Source: Rhizaria sp. SCN 62-66 (Eukaryota). From it: a stretch of DNA of 64,000 nucleotides. The position numbers and the translations under genes were made by a program. This document shows positions 14,401-25,294 of this stretch, one piece after another. The notes below the pieces were generated by a model. It was not told where the DNA came from and made no database searches. It was given only the letters and a program-made list of their open reading frames with translations. Position 1 is the stretch's first letter. Each line of letters opens with the position of its first letter. Where the stretch lies: contig MEDY01000002.1 of the NCBI GenBank assembly GCA_001724265.1, forward strand, positions 1 to 64,000. The letters run 5' to 3'.

Positions 14401-17028
14401 GCAGTCCTGGCACTAAGACACACTGTTGCGCCAAGTCTCAGTGCAAGTCGAAGAAGCTTGCTAAGTCTGTTAAGGACTGTGACATCGTCGCCGCCGGCGC
14501 TACTGCCGTCGTGACAGCCACCACCGCGACCATCAAGTCGATTGCAGCCACTTACATCAGCGGGGTAAGTGCCTCCAGTGGCGGCCGCTCTGCGCGGTCG
14601 TCTAGGGGGGCGTCACAGGAGTACTTGGACTCCTCGAGCGTCGACGGCCCATACATGCACCTACCCGGATATCTCAGGGTGCGCGCGCGCCTCGCCGCCG
14701 CCAAGGCGCATGATGCAGAGTACAACGCGCCGACTTACATCGGCAACGGCACTTACATCCCCAACAGCAACAGCAAGGACCTCTCCGACGACGACGATGA
14801 CGACGGCAATTACGATGATGACGGTGCGGTTTACACCCACAGGGCAAGTAACAAACGGTCTTCTGCTAACGCCGCCCACGCGACTGCGAGCGCGAGTGCG
14901 GGCGTCGGCGTTGGCGCCGCGTCGGTGTACCGCGTCGCCCTGGGCAGCTCGCTGGGCCACAGGTGCTTCCCCCGCCGCACGCACACTGCGGCCCCCGCGC
15001 TGCGCCTGTCGTTCCCGCGCACCGGCCCCGCTGAGGCGCTGGCGACGTACGCGTACGCGCTAGCGTCCGCCGCCGCCTCGGCCTCTGCATCTGCCTCAGC
15101 ATCAGCCTCTAATGCTAGCAGCGGCAGCGCAAACGCTGGTTCGAGCGATAGAAACTCCCAGGACAGCAACTATCAGTATCAACAACAGCAACAGCAGCAG
15201 CAGCAGCAACAAGAGGCCGCCGACGTCGCGGTTTCTTCTCTCTTGTCGCTCCAGCATGAGGCGTTCGTGGCCCAGGCCTCGCCCGCCGCCGCCGCCGCCG
15301 CCTCAGACCCGCAGCCTTTCTCAACTCCCTCCAACAGCGTCAACAGCAGTGCAAACGCCAACTCCGTCTCTGCGGCCAGCGGCGCGAGCGTCAACTACAC
15401 CGGCGCGTTTGCGTACGACGTGCTTGCGCCCACGACCGCGGGCAACAACGCCAATGGCGGCTCCGGCTCAAGCAGCAGCGGCGGCGGCGGCGGCAGCGGA
15501 GGCGGCGGCAGCGGCGGCGGCGGCGGAGGCGGCGTCGGCGGCGGCGGCGGCGGGGGCGGCGGCGGCGGCAGCTTCGTGCCCGTGAGCGCGAGCGCGCTGC
15601 ACCCTTGGGCGCCGTGGCTTGCGGTCGGCACGGCGACGACGAGCTCGAGCATCGAGCTGACGGACCTCAGCGGCGGGCAGACAGGCTGGGGATACGACTA
15701 CACGCCCGGTACGTAGGATTGTTATTTTATCTTTGGTATTAGCATTTCAAGATATAGCTTTGTTACAATAATTTATTTAAATGAAATCCTGTCTTATCAT
15801 TCTAAAAAGCTCACTTATATCCCGCAATATCCCCTCACTGTTTCCAACTCGACCCCCAACAGGCGCTGTCCCTGTCTCAGGCTCAGTTCCCGCATTTACC
15901 AACACAAATGCACCCGCGACAAACAGCAGCAGTAGCAGCAGCAAGAGCAAGTCCTCCTCCGCAGCTTTCATTGTTGGCGAGTGCTCTTTGACCTCGTCGC
16001 TGTCCCCATCAGTCCCCACAGCCTACACTCTCGTGGGCGCCAACAGCGCCGGCACTGGCGCCGGCGCGAGCTCCAGCAGCAGCAGCAGCAGCAGCAGCGG
16101 CAGTGCCAGCGGCGCCAGCGGGACGGTCTCCACCGCGGCGCTGCTGCCCTGCCCCGTCACCTGCGGCCGCGGCGCCCCCGTGACCAGCACGCACAGCTCG
16201 AACAGCAGCAGCGGCGGCGGCGGCGGCGGTTCTGGCTACGCGTTCGCGGCTGCATCCGCCGTCGCCGCCGCCTCTGCCTCGGCAGCCGCCTCTGCCTCTG
16301 CGAACGCTACCGAGCCCTTCCAGTCGATCCGCTACCACCCGAGCTTCGTCTCGCAGCGCATCGCGCCGGTTTTGGCCCTCGCGTTCCACCCGCGCCGCGC
16401 CGTGCTCGCCGCGGCGTCGGCCGACGGCGTCACACTGCACGCCGCCGCGACCACCGCCGCCGAGGCCGCGCTGCGCCTGCCCACGCCTGCGCAGGCCGCC
16501 ACCGCCGCCGCGGCCGCGGTCGCAGCGGCAGGAGCAACGGCGGCGGAGGCGGCGGCGGAGGCGGCAGCGGCGGGCGCGGGCGCTAAGGTTGTCACTGCGT
16601 CCGCAGCCGCGGCTGTCGCCGCCGCCACCGCCGCCGCACACAGCGCTGATGATTATGACGACGGTAGCGGCGGCGGCGGTGGCTCTGACGGCGCGCTCAC
16701 GCTCGTTGGCGTGTACGCCGGCGGCCTCGTCGGCGGCGGCAGCGGCGGCGGCGGCGACGGCGGCGGCGGCGGCGGCCGCGGCGGGCTCAGCAAGCTCGCG
16801 GCCACGCACGCTGGGCTGGTGCTGGGTCTGACCGCATTCATGGGCGGCGGCAGCGGCGGCAGCGGCGGCGCGGGCGCGGGCGGCGGCGGCAGTGGCGGCG
16901 GCGGCGGCTCTGATGGCAGTCAGGGAGGCAGCGGCGGCGGCGGCGGAGGCGGCGGCGGCGGTGGCTTGGGTACTGTAACCGCAGGGCTGCTGCTGGGTGC
17001 CGGAGACGCTGACGTGCAGGTGCTTTAA
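1..17028 (+). CDS. RPTOR: Raptor/KOG1 (TORC1 scaffold), 5'-truncated by the window edge. Exons <1-11988, 12204-15708, 15863-17028, with a +1 frameshift near 11468 in a CAG repeat. About 5,550 aa visible.
   Basis: HEAT/ARM-like segments in Raptor order (DPDARVRLAAIAALGALL; SPPLRLEAVVALAQS; FIWRVIVTVAATDSDSRV). These are followed by Raptor-type WD40 blades: VVVFHPYDPFLIVG, LLTVTAGDGTARLW, AHWHQQRGRLFAS..KCWDLAAERCLADFP, ALHADATGHLLYAGLSNGYVTCTDTR, RLVTVSVDGVVNVIDTR, ASALHPWAPWLAVGT, and the C-terminal IRYHPSFVSQRIAPVLALAFHPRRAVLAAASAD. Both introns restore the frame. Stop is TAA. Identified by motif recognition, no search run. Confidence 0.88.
11379..11465 (+). repeat. Perfect (CAG)29 microsatellite encoding polyQ, followed immediately by a 1-nt insertion (CAGCAAGCAG)
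   Basis: Read directly. The downstream frame resumes as QQQQPQQHQQFSSNTSFSDGYYGDLDQNEQ, continuous with ORF 11542-12075. Confidence 0.9.
11989..12203 (+). other. Spliceosomal intron (215 nt, phase 0) in Raptor
   Basis: CAG|GTACGC donor, AT-rich body, pyrimidine-rich 3' part with CTAAT, CAG| acceptor. Joins AAQ to ASGPRFRHVVSHF in frame. Confidence 0.88.
15709..15862 (+). other. Spliceosomal intron (154 nt, phase 1) in Raptor
   Basis: G|GTACGT donor, AT-rich body, CCCCCAACAG| acceptor. Restores the frame into the last WD40 blade. Confidence 0.85.
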
Positions 17029-17858
17029 GTGAAGCCGCTCCAGCAGCGAGAGGTTGTTGCGAACAAACAGTCAACAAACACACATCAACAAACACACATT
17101 GAAGTTTCAGGCTTCTTGCACTCAAAACAAGCAAGGAGCTTATAGTATGATTTACGAATGCGAAAAAAACATATTGCTTTTAAATTCGAATTACATTAGT
17201 TAGATATATCACGATCATAGTAAGGCACAGTGAAAATACACTTGTACATGTACATATTCCTAACCGGTAGGCACCTTACTGTGGGATCAGCAGTAATACA
17301 TCAACACATTCTTTCTTTGCTGTTGCACCAGGCCCACCGAACATCCTTGCTTAGATTGGATGCGATACCACGAAGAACAAAAAAATGCACCACATTTAAC
17401 ACATGACGTAGCAAATAATTGTCTATTGTATTGTTGTGAAATATTCCGTTCGAAACTTTCCTAACTGGCTTCTGTATCATCAGAACAAACTCGACTTGCC
17501 AGCCAGTCAAAGTGGCATTCTAGTATTATCTAATCTCTCTTGCCTTCTACAGGTCGTATATACGGTGTTTAGACACCTCTCACATTATGAAGCCACCAAA
17601 GAGGCACTGCCCAACGCCATGCTTACGTTGTGGTGGCGACGTTGATGGATCCGTTTGCATCTTCTCGCACCTTCACTTCATCAGCTCATGATAAGTCTGT
17701 ATTCTCGCCTTTAACTTTACACACACACACACGGTGCTACTAGCCACACAACGTGTTATCCACATTGAGACTTGCACTAGGTGCTTGAAAAGCCCGACGC
17801 GACATATACAAAGGTGACGGTATAAAGCACCTCCACTGCCATCGGTTGTGTCACGAGG

Positions 17859-20800
17859 ATGCAACCCATCGCAACTGGAGCCGACGCTGCATGCCGCCCA
17901 TGTACATCAGGAGACACCCCTGTTTGTCTTACGGTCAGAAACCATGCTGTCTTGGGCTCTATTGTTCTCCCAGTCCCGTCGCATCTATTCTCGACATCTG
18001 CACAAACGGTTCCTCTGGACGCATTGTATGCTCTTGCGGCGCTCACCCCGGCGACTGTACCATACATGGCGGCAGTGAGGCAGATGGAGACGATGATCCC
18101 CGCGTTTGGTGCAGACGGCTGGGCATTATCACAGGACATGCTAACGAATGAAGCAATGAGGTACCTTGAGGGACATATTTTTGGAGCACGAACGGAGCTT
18201 GTGCGGCTCGGCCAACCACTCCCATAGTTTATGGGCGGCGAACCAGCCCGAGACGCACAGGAACGGTCACATACGCACCATGTACAGTCAATAGCAGGGG
18301 AGATTCAGCAACTTACTGCCTCTGCGACAATGGGCAGAAGCGAGAACTGCACCGGCTCCCCCGTCCCTTGCGCTTGCAACGCCCCAGCTGCTACTGCTGG
18401 CGCTGACATTTCTGGTACTGCTGCTGCTGGTACTGCTGCTGTGCGCCCCCCCTCTGCCACCGCCACCGTCATCAGCAACATCAACGTTGCAGCGGCTTAC
18501 AACGCCGCCATTTGCCCCGTTGCCTCTAGCGCCGCCTTGCACCCGGCCTCTCCGTCGCGCGCGCGCCCCACCGCCCCCACCGCTACCCCCACCGCTACCC
18601 CCACCGCTGCCCCCGCTGCCCCCGCTGCAGGCGCGACGCCCGCGACCGCGATCGCGAGTGCCGCGGCAAAGGTGCATAGCCTCGACGACATTAGCTCCAA
18701 CTCGGCCGACGAGCCTTCCAACAGCCCCAAACCTGTGATCGTTACGCACATCAGCACTTTCCAATCTTTCTCATCATCTTCACCACATGATGCGCCCGAT
18801 TGTCAACCTCTTACCGACGCACCTGAAGAGCCGATATGGAAGGTGCAGCTAACAATCCACCCGGAAAAGAACGACTGGTGCCCCTTATCCCTTCTCTCTG
18901 ACGCGCAGCGCGCCTCAACTTCCGTGTACACCCACCGCGTTGAGTACGCCAAGACGGGCCGCGCACGCTGCCGAAAATGCGGCTTGTTTATCGATCAGGA
19001 GGCTCTGCGTATCGGGCTGCCGATGAAATGGCCCAATGGGCTATACGGCTACATCTCCGGTTGGTTGCATGTCTAGTGCTGTCGTCTGCGTGACAACTAC
19101 CCCAACGAGGACCCTGATACGTTCACGTGGGCGCACTTCATCTATAACTACCCTGCGTTGTGTCCCACGGACCAGGCCCGGGTGCGCGCCGAGTTAGGTC
19201 GCGCAGCACCGCCACACACATCTCAGGCGCAATCATTACAGACTCGTCGTCAAGCAGAAAAACAAGTCCTTCGGGAACAAACGCGGACGCCCGCTCACCT
19301 GGAAGAGGATGTAGGCTCACTGAACTAGTATCACACACTAAGTCTATCTCGGAACACACGTCATCACGTTGGTATTACTGACCCGCAACGCGGGCAACAA
19401 TGTCAGCCGGACAAAGAGCATGGTAATTCGCGACAACATCTTCAACAAAAACGTTCTCGGAAGCAACAGAAATATCGCAAAGATACGTTTTTTTCTGAGC
19501 ACCCACAGGAACAAGGACGAGGCCAAACGCAACACACTGCCGCACTTATCCCTGCTTTAGGGTCTGTCGATAATTCGACTGGAGATTCACTCGCACGCAC
19601 GCACCCACAGCAACTACAATACTCGCAAGGACATGGACATTCCCAGGGCACATTATTGCGTCAAAACAATTCTGCCTCATACCAACAAGTATTAGCACCG
19701 CTCACTCGTGTCGCCCATTAGATTTCGTTGGGGACTCATTGTAGTCGGTTGTTCACAGCTCGTGGTCAGAGCTCGAATGCAACTGGCGTTTAGCCAGACT
19801 TAACTCAAGATACGGCCTATCTTTTGCACGAAGCTTCTTTTATTACTCGCGCACTCGCACTTTGCCGGGATCAATATCAACAACAAATACTACAGAAACA
19901 GCTGCAGCAAATTCAAACTGGCAATCAGCGGGAACAAAGCCCTGTCCACATCGACGAAACCTATCGTGATTCTGAACACCGCGCAGTTTTGCACTGGCTT
20001 CTTGGCACTTCCTACATTTCCAGTGATACCACCAATAACAACAGTGTTGCATGCGCGGAAGACGTATCAACAAATGCGCCCCAGTTGCCCACCAACGCTG
20101 AGGCGGCTACTCCTACAGCCACTGGGCACGATGCCACAAGATCAGGTGTCCCTTCCTCAGTTGCTGCAACTGATGCTCCCAGCTTGGTTGCAACATCGTC
20201 CGCTGGTATTGTTGCGACGAGTGCAGAAGACGGAACTCAAGCTGCTTTGTGGCGACAAAATCAAAGTGCCACACAGGGCGACTCTGATACAGATACAGCG
20301 CACCCTGCGGCTGGCGTTGTCGTGGAGGGTACTGAGACTTATTCATCGTCACTGTTAAAGCTCATTCGCACGGGAACTATCACAACAGGTTGCATGCCCG
20401 CTGCGTTTACCGTCAAGACAGAGAGGACAAGCGCAAGTAATGTCACATTAGGCCTGCCTCCGGCGGCACCCCGGCTTAACAGCAGCACCCCAACACCCAA
20501 GAAGACAAGCTATACTAATCCTAGTAACACTGGTCATAACGTCTTCATCACCACAGTCGATGCTGCATCACATAATTCGACAAATGTTCTGGCTGCGAAC
20601 CGGAGAGGTTTCAGCAACGTATCTCTTCATTGCCCCAGGGCATCTTCGCAACCAGGACCCTGGCTTCGCAACGATCCTACTGTCTTTACCCAGACAGATG
20701 GACACTCAAACATGAACTCTGACAGCGACAGCGATTCCGGCCGTGACAGCAGCAGCAACAGCGACAGCACATATGACTCCAGCAGCGGAAGCGACAAAAG

Positions 20801-21869
20801 CAGCAACAGCGGCAGCGACAACACCGATGATTCCGACAGCTCTGACAGTGAGTCAGATTCCGACAGAGACATTAGCTCGGACTCTACAACAAGCACTGAA
20901 AGTGATAGCGCCAGCAGCTCAAGTAGTACATCTGACTGCGGCAGCGGGAGCGACAACGACACTCTCGCATGTGACAGTGCCAGCGACTGTTCTGATGACA
21001 ATGATAGCGGCTCTCGCTCAAGATCGAAAACGCTAACATTTGACGATGAGAGGTCGTTACGGCCCGAGTTCATTGGCTCAGCATATGAGAGCTCAGTGAT
21101 CAACGGTGGTCAACTAAAGAAACGTCGTTTAGCAAACATGTCGAACATTGCAGATAATAATCACAGCGCGGTGTACGTTAACGGCCAAAGCAATCTCACA
21201 GCCATCGCAAATGCGAAAAATTCCGTGATGAAGTCGGCTGATGTCGTTGTGACCAAGTACGTCAGGCTACCGCATTTTCGTTCCCGTGAGAGAACTCAGA
21301 ACAAAAAGATCTACAGCACCATGAACGGAGGCATCTACATTAGCAGCACTTCTGTCGCTGGGGCGCCAGTTAGGTGTGAGCCAGCTGATAATGAAAGCTA
21401 TAGAGTAATGAATGCCGCAAGATTGGCTGGAAGTCGCCAACCTCATCAAACTAAAACTTCCGATATGAGCGAAGTTGCTCATCCACGGTCGACTAATAAC
21501 TTGAAACGATATGTGACATCGATGCCACTGTCACTGCCATCGTTGATGCAAAAGCAACTACTCCAGGCGCAGTCGCAACAGCCGAAACAACGCTCGGTGC
21601 AGAGTGCACAGGCGCAGGTGCATGTCCGGACTGGTGCGAGAGACGTGACTAAGCATGAGCCGCAAACCGATCTCGGTGCTTCTGTGCATTCGCATTCTCA
21701 ATTGCTGCGACTTACACCGTTACAACTTGCCATTCAGAACCATTCCTTGTTTGCACAAGAGTACGGAGTCGCGGGTGGTGCGGATGAATCTGAGGTACTG
21801 TCGCAAGGCCCTCCGCCACTAGAACCGCTGTCGCCTGTAGTCGCAGCACAAATCACGTGGACCAAGTGA
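17859..21869 (+). CDS. PARP-type zinc-finger protein (~1,336 aa) with five in-frame TAG codons. Start codon uncertain.
   Basis: ORFs 17859-18227, 18231-19076 and 19824-21869 share one frame. Manual translation of the gaps finds only TAG (18225, 19074, 19326, 19719, 19791) and no TAA/TGA. The zf-PARP signature HRVEYAKTGRARCRKC..IDQEALRIG..WLHV[TAG]C..IYNYPALCPTDQARVRAEL spans a TAG. Ends in TGA. Confidence 0.8.
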
Positions 21870-22666
21870 CCACGGTGATGCCGTATCTCCTAAATAAGCT
21901 TGGAATGCAAGCTCTATTGCCAGGTTTTACGTCATGCCATTACGTACGCCGGGCGTTGCCTTGAGGCCGGAGTTGCGGCGTGCGACTCGGCGTACCGCGC
22001 GCTTATACTTGTCAATAAACTCGCGGTTCCATTGGCGCTGCATGCAATCATGGCGAGGTAGCATGGGAATATACATAAAGTAGGATTAATCGAATAAACT
22101 ACGGTTAAACCAGTTGCAGACACTTTGACGAATTATGGGCATAAGTGTCATGTCAAATTTGTCGAGAGCGCGGGCTCTTGACTTATCTTGTTTTGGGCTA
22201 AGTAGATCTTGTGTAACTACGTGTTAGGGTACATCTTTCTAAAACTGTTATGAATCACTGTACAATATATTAAGTTATGTATGTTGATAGATCATTGCTC
22301 GCACCGTTACTGCATCACACAACACAGAAACGTATCGTGTAATAGTAACACAGCGAAACAACACACTGGCCCAGATTCTGACCCGCGATATTTGCATTGC
22401 AATACAAATAGTAGAGCAGCTGTCTTTGCTTGCACTCAGACGGCACCCCGCGCTATAAGATATCACTCAGCAGTTTCATTATATACCCAGCCAACAACAA
22501 AAGATCTAAGAGCTTAAAAGGTTAGACGTCGCTCAGTCCCATAGCTTTCGTCTCGTTTTGCCAACACTACACACGAGCAATCACCATCCCTTTCATATTA
22601 GAGCTAGTCCAGCGTTGTCTCGTCTCGATTCGCCGCGCTTTATCGCGTTTAGTTGCGTTGGTGCCC

Positions 22667-23152
22667 TCACTTCATGTTCTTGCTCTCGGCGGCGTGCTTG
22701 GCGACGGCCTCGGGCGAGATGTAGGGCGCGGTGATGCCGTCGAGCACGTCGCGGTAGCTGTCCTGCTCCAAGTACTTGCGCGGGGCAAGCGCGCGCTCGG
22801 GCACGAGCGTGGGCGGCATGGCCTCGATCGGGAAGAGTGGGTCCGTGCCGAGGCGCGTGGCGATGACGATCTTGCTCACGCAGAAGTGCTTGTGCTTCGA
22901 CAGGCGCGGCACGGGCGAGATCTCCACCAGGTCGCCGACGCGGCATTCGTCGTGCTCGTCGTGCGCCATAAACTTGCGGTGACGGCGGATGTACTTCTGG
23001 ATCTTGGGGTAGTACTGGTAGTAGGGAACGGTAACGGTGACAGACTTCTGCATGCCGTCAGTCGCGACGCGGCCGCGCAGGGTCTTGGGAGGGGCCGTCT
23101 TCTTCAGCATCTTGTGCAGAAGGGGCATCGCATCCTTGCGGAGCATAGACAT
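22667..23152 (-). CDS. MRPS17: Ribosomal protein uS17, bacterial type, probably mitochondrial (161 aa)
   Basis: LRGRVATDGMQKSVTVTV..YPKIQKYIRRHRKFMAHDEHDECRVGDLVEISPVPRLSKHKHF matches uS17. Short basic N-terminal extension. Ends in TGA. Confidence 0.9.
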   Translation of the reverse strand: MSMLRKDAMPLLHKMLKKTAPPKTLRGRVATDGMQKSVTVTVPYYQYYPKIQKYIRRHRKFMAHDEHDECRVGDLVEISPVPRLSKHKHFCVSKIVIATRLGTDPLFPIEAMPPTLVPERALAPRKYLEQDSYRDVLDGITAPYISPEAVAKHAAESKNMK

Positions 23153-23924
23153 CGCGAAAGAGGTCTATACAGCGAACAACGGCGCGGGGCACAAAGAATA
23201 AGGACCAGGCAAGAGCGTAATAGAGAGGGCGAGTTAGGGCGAGATGAGTGAGGGGACAACGGGTCGGAAAGAGGAGGTCTGTTAGAAGGTAAGGTGGTGT
23301 TTCTAGCACTCACTAAATTATGACTGCAAAAATCAGCAAAGTTTTGCAAGAATATTTGTCCTATTGCGTTATTCACGCACGCTTGGACACACACGACCCG
23401 AACGAATTCAGCCCCAGTCTCGCTGTGCCGCTGCTCTCGGTCGGTCGAGCTCTCGCTCACAGTCAGGCTGGGAAATTATTTAGCCGCGCGCCTGGTTCGC
23501 GAAAAACCGTCCTACCCGCTGGACGGTCAGCCAACCTATTCAAGACAAGTTCTACCGCTAGACTTCCGTCAATACGTACAGAAACAGGACATCATATACT
23601 GGGCGTTTGATATTATATGGGTTCCAGTTTGTAGTTCTTACCGTCTTGATCTTGTCTTTCTTCGGCCTCCAAGTTTCGACTGCTCATGACCGCTGTTTGA
23701 TGACGATACTTCTCTCTCGTCCAAGTCTTTTTAATATCACAAATTTCGATCATATTTGCCAACATGTTATTGAAATTGAACAACCCTATCTAACTGTAAC
23801 TTTTTGTCCCGATCTTTGTTGTTTTCACGCCGCAGCACAGCTTCGAAGCAACACCACCACCCTCCAACACAAGCAAATCCAATCATCACCTTGACGCGGC
23901 TCCTTGCTTCATCAGCACACCACC
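23153..23924. promoter_or_regulatory. Divergent intergenic region (putative bidirectional promoter) between uS17 and the Canopy-like gene
   Basis: Head-to-head genes and lower GC. Contains GCTCACAGTCA (23455-23465) and acceptor-like signals facing each gene. Confidence 0.45.
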
Positions 23925-24983
23925 ATGCGCTTCTGCTCCTCCACCCTTGCCGTTCTTTTGTCGGTTGCCACCGTGCTCTTCCTGGCCGCGCACCTCGACG
24001 GTGTGACCGCTAAGCTCACCGCCTCCGAGAAGTGCTCTGCGTGCGACCTGATCGTCGACGAGCTGGAGCTGATTTTCCACGAAGATGATCGCACCAACGA
24101 GCACGTCGACCTGCGCAACCGGCTCAACACGCAGGGCAAGCGCGTTGGCAAGGTTCTCCCTTACCGCCACTCCGAGATGCGGCTTTACAGCGTGACTGAG
24201 CGCCTGTGCGCACACGTCGCCGACCGGACCTACGACCACGGGACCCTCACGTTCCCCAACGACGACGAAACGGACACGAGCGTCGTGGCGCTCGCACACC
24301 CGGTGTTCTTCGCGGCCGACCTGCAGTCGCGCGCGTTCGCGGCCTCGCTGGACTACTCCTCGGAACAGGTCGCGCGCGCCAAGCGCAAGGAGCTCGCAGT
24401 GTACTGCTCGGGCATCGTGGAGAACCACGAGGAGAGGTTGTTTGCGTGGATCCGACAGGACAAGACGGCCAGGGAGATCCGCCAGCTGCTATGTCACGCG
24501 CCCGGCGGCACCAAGCACTGTGCCGTCTCCGCCCCCAAGAACAAGCGCAAGCCGGTCCAGAGCGCTGAAAGCAATAGTGAGACTGCTGCTGTCGATCCTG
24601 CTGCTGACACTGTTTCCGCTGCGGACTCTGCGGCGGACGCCACGGCTGTCCCGGCGCGTGACCCGACGCGGCACCTGGTGGCGGCCGAGCCTGAGCGCAC
24701 GGTGTTCGCGTTTGTGGAGGAAAAGGACGGCGAGGTCGTGCCCATCGTGCGCACCCCCGCCGCCGGCGCCGGCATGGGCGACACCGACGCTAGCGACAAC
24801 GCTGGCGATAGCGCGAACGACAGCGAAGGCAATGGCAGTGACAGTGAGAACAAGAGCGCTGCCGACGGTGAGATCGCTAAGGCTGAGACCGAGGCCGGAT
24901 CTGAGGCAGAGTCTGATGCTGCTGCCGCTGAGGCTGAGACTGAGGCGGCGGTAGGTGCGACTGAGGGCAAGGACGAGCTGTGA
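23925..24983 (+). CDS. Canopy/Seele-like (DUF3456, saposin-B-like) ER-lumen protein (352 aa)
   Basis: Signal-peptide-like N-terminus MRFCSSTLAVLLSVATVLFLA. Saposin Cys pattern KCSACDLIVDEL..YRHSEMRL..ERLC..YCSGIVENHEE..LLC..HC. Acidic tail and C-terminal KDEL. Ends in TGA. Confidence 0.82.
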   Translation: MRFCSSTLAVLLSVATVLFLAAHLDGVTAKLTASEKCSACDLIVDELELIFHEDDRTNEHVDLRNRLNTQGKRVGKVLPYRHSEMRLYSVTERLCAHVADRTYDHGTLTFPNDDETDTSVVALAHPVFFAADLQSRAFAASLDYSSEQVARAKRKELAVYCSGIVENHEERLFAWIRQDKTAREIRQLLCHAPGGTKHCAVSAPKNKRKPVQSAESNSETAAVDPAADTVSAADSAADATAVPARDPTRHLVAAEPERTVFAFVEEKDGEVVPIVRTPAAGAGMGDTDASDNAGDSANDSEGNGSDSENKSAADGEIAKAETEAGSEAESDAAAAEAETEAAVGATEGKDEL

Positions 24984-25294
24984 GGAGTGTGAGATGAGTT
25001 CACAGTCACCACAAGTAGTTGAGGCGTTTATTATTGTTTTCCGACGGACAGTGCGTGTCTTGCGACTATATAGATTCGAGTTCATTTGCATGTTGTCATT
25101 GAGTTCATGACGTTTTTCGTCAAGTGAAGTTGTGGCCAGAGGATATTGAATACATCATTCTGTATTGTTATTGTTCTTGCGTTCGATTAATAAAACTCGT
25201 GTTGACATAGGTATTGCATTTTTGTTTTAAGCTAAGTTTCTAAGTAAGTCTGTTATGTTTACCAAGCAATGCAAAGTAAACTTTGTTGTGACGT

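Noticed and set aside
15714-15716. TAG ending ORF 12228-15716 as a further recoded codon or a true TAG stop
   Set aside because: It lies inside the intron that begins at 15709 (GTACGTAG).
17859-21869. Pseudogene interpretation of the zinc-finger gene
   Set aside because: All five interruptions are TAG, with no TAA, TGA or frameshift over 4 kb, and the same pattern occurs in two other genes.
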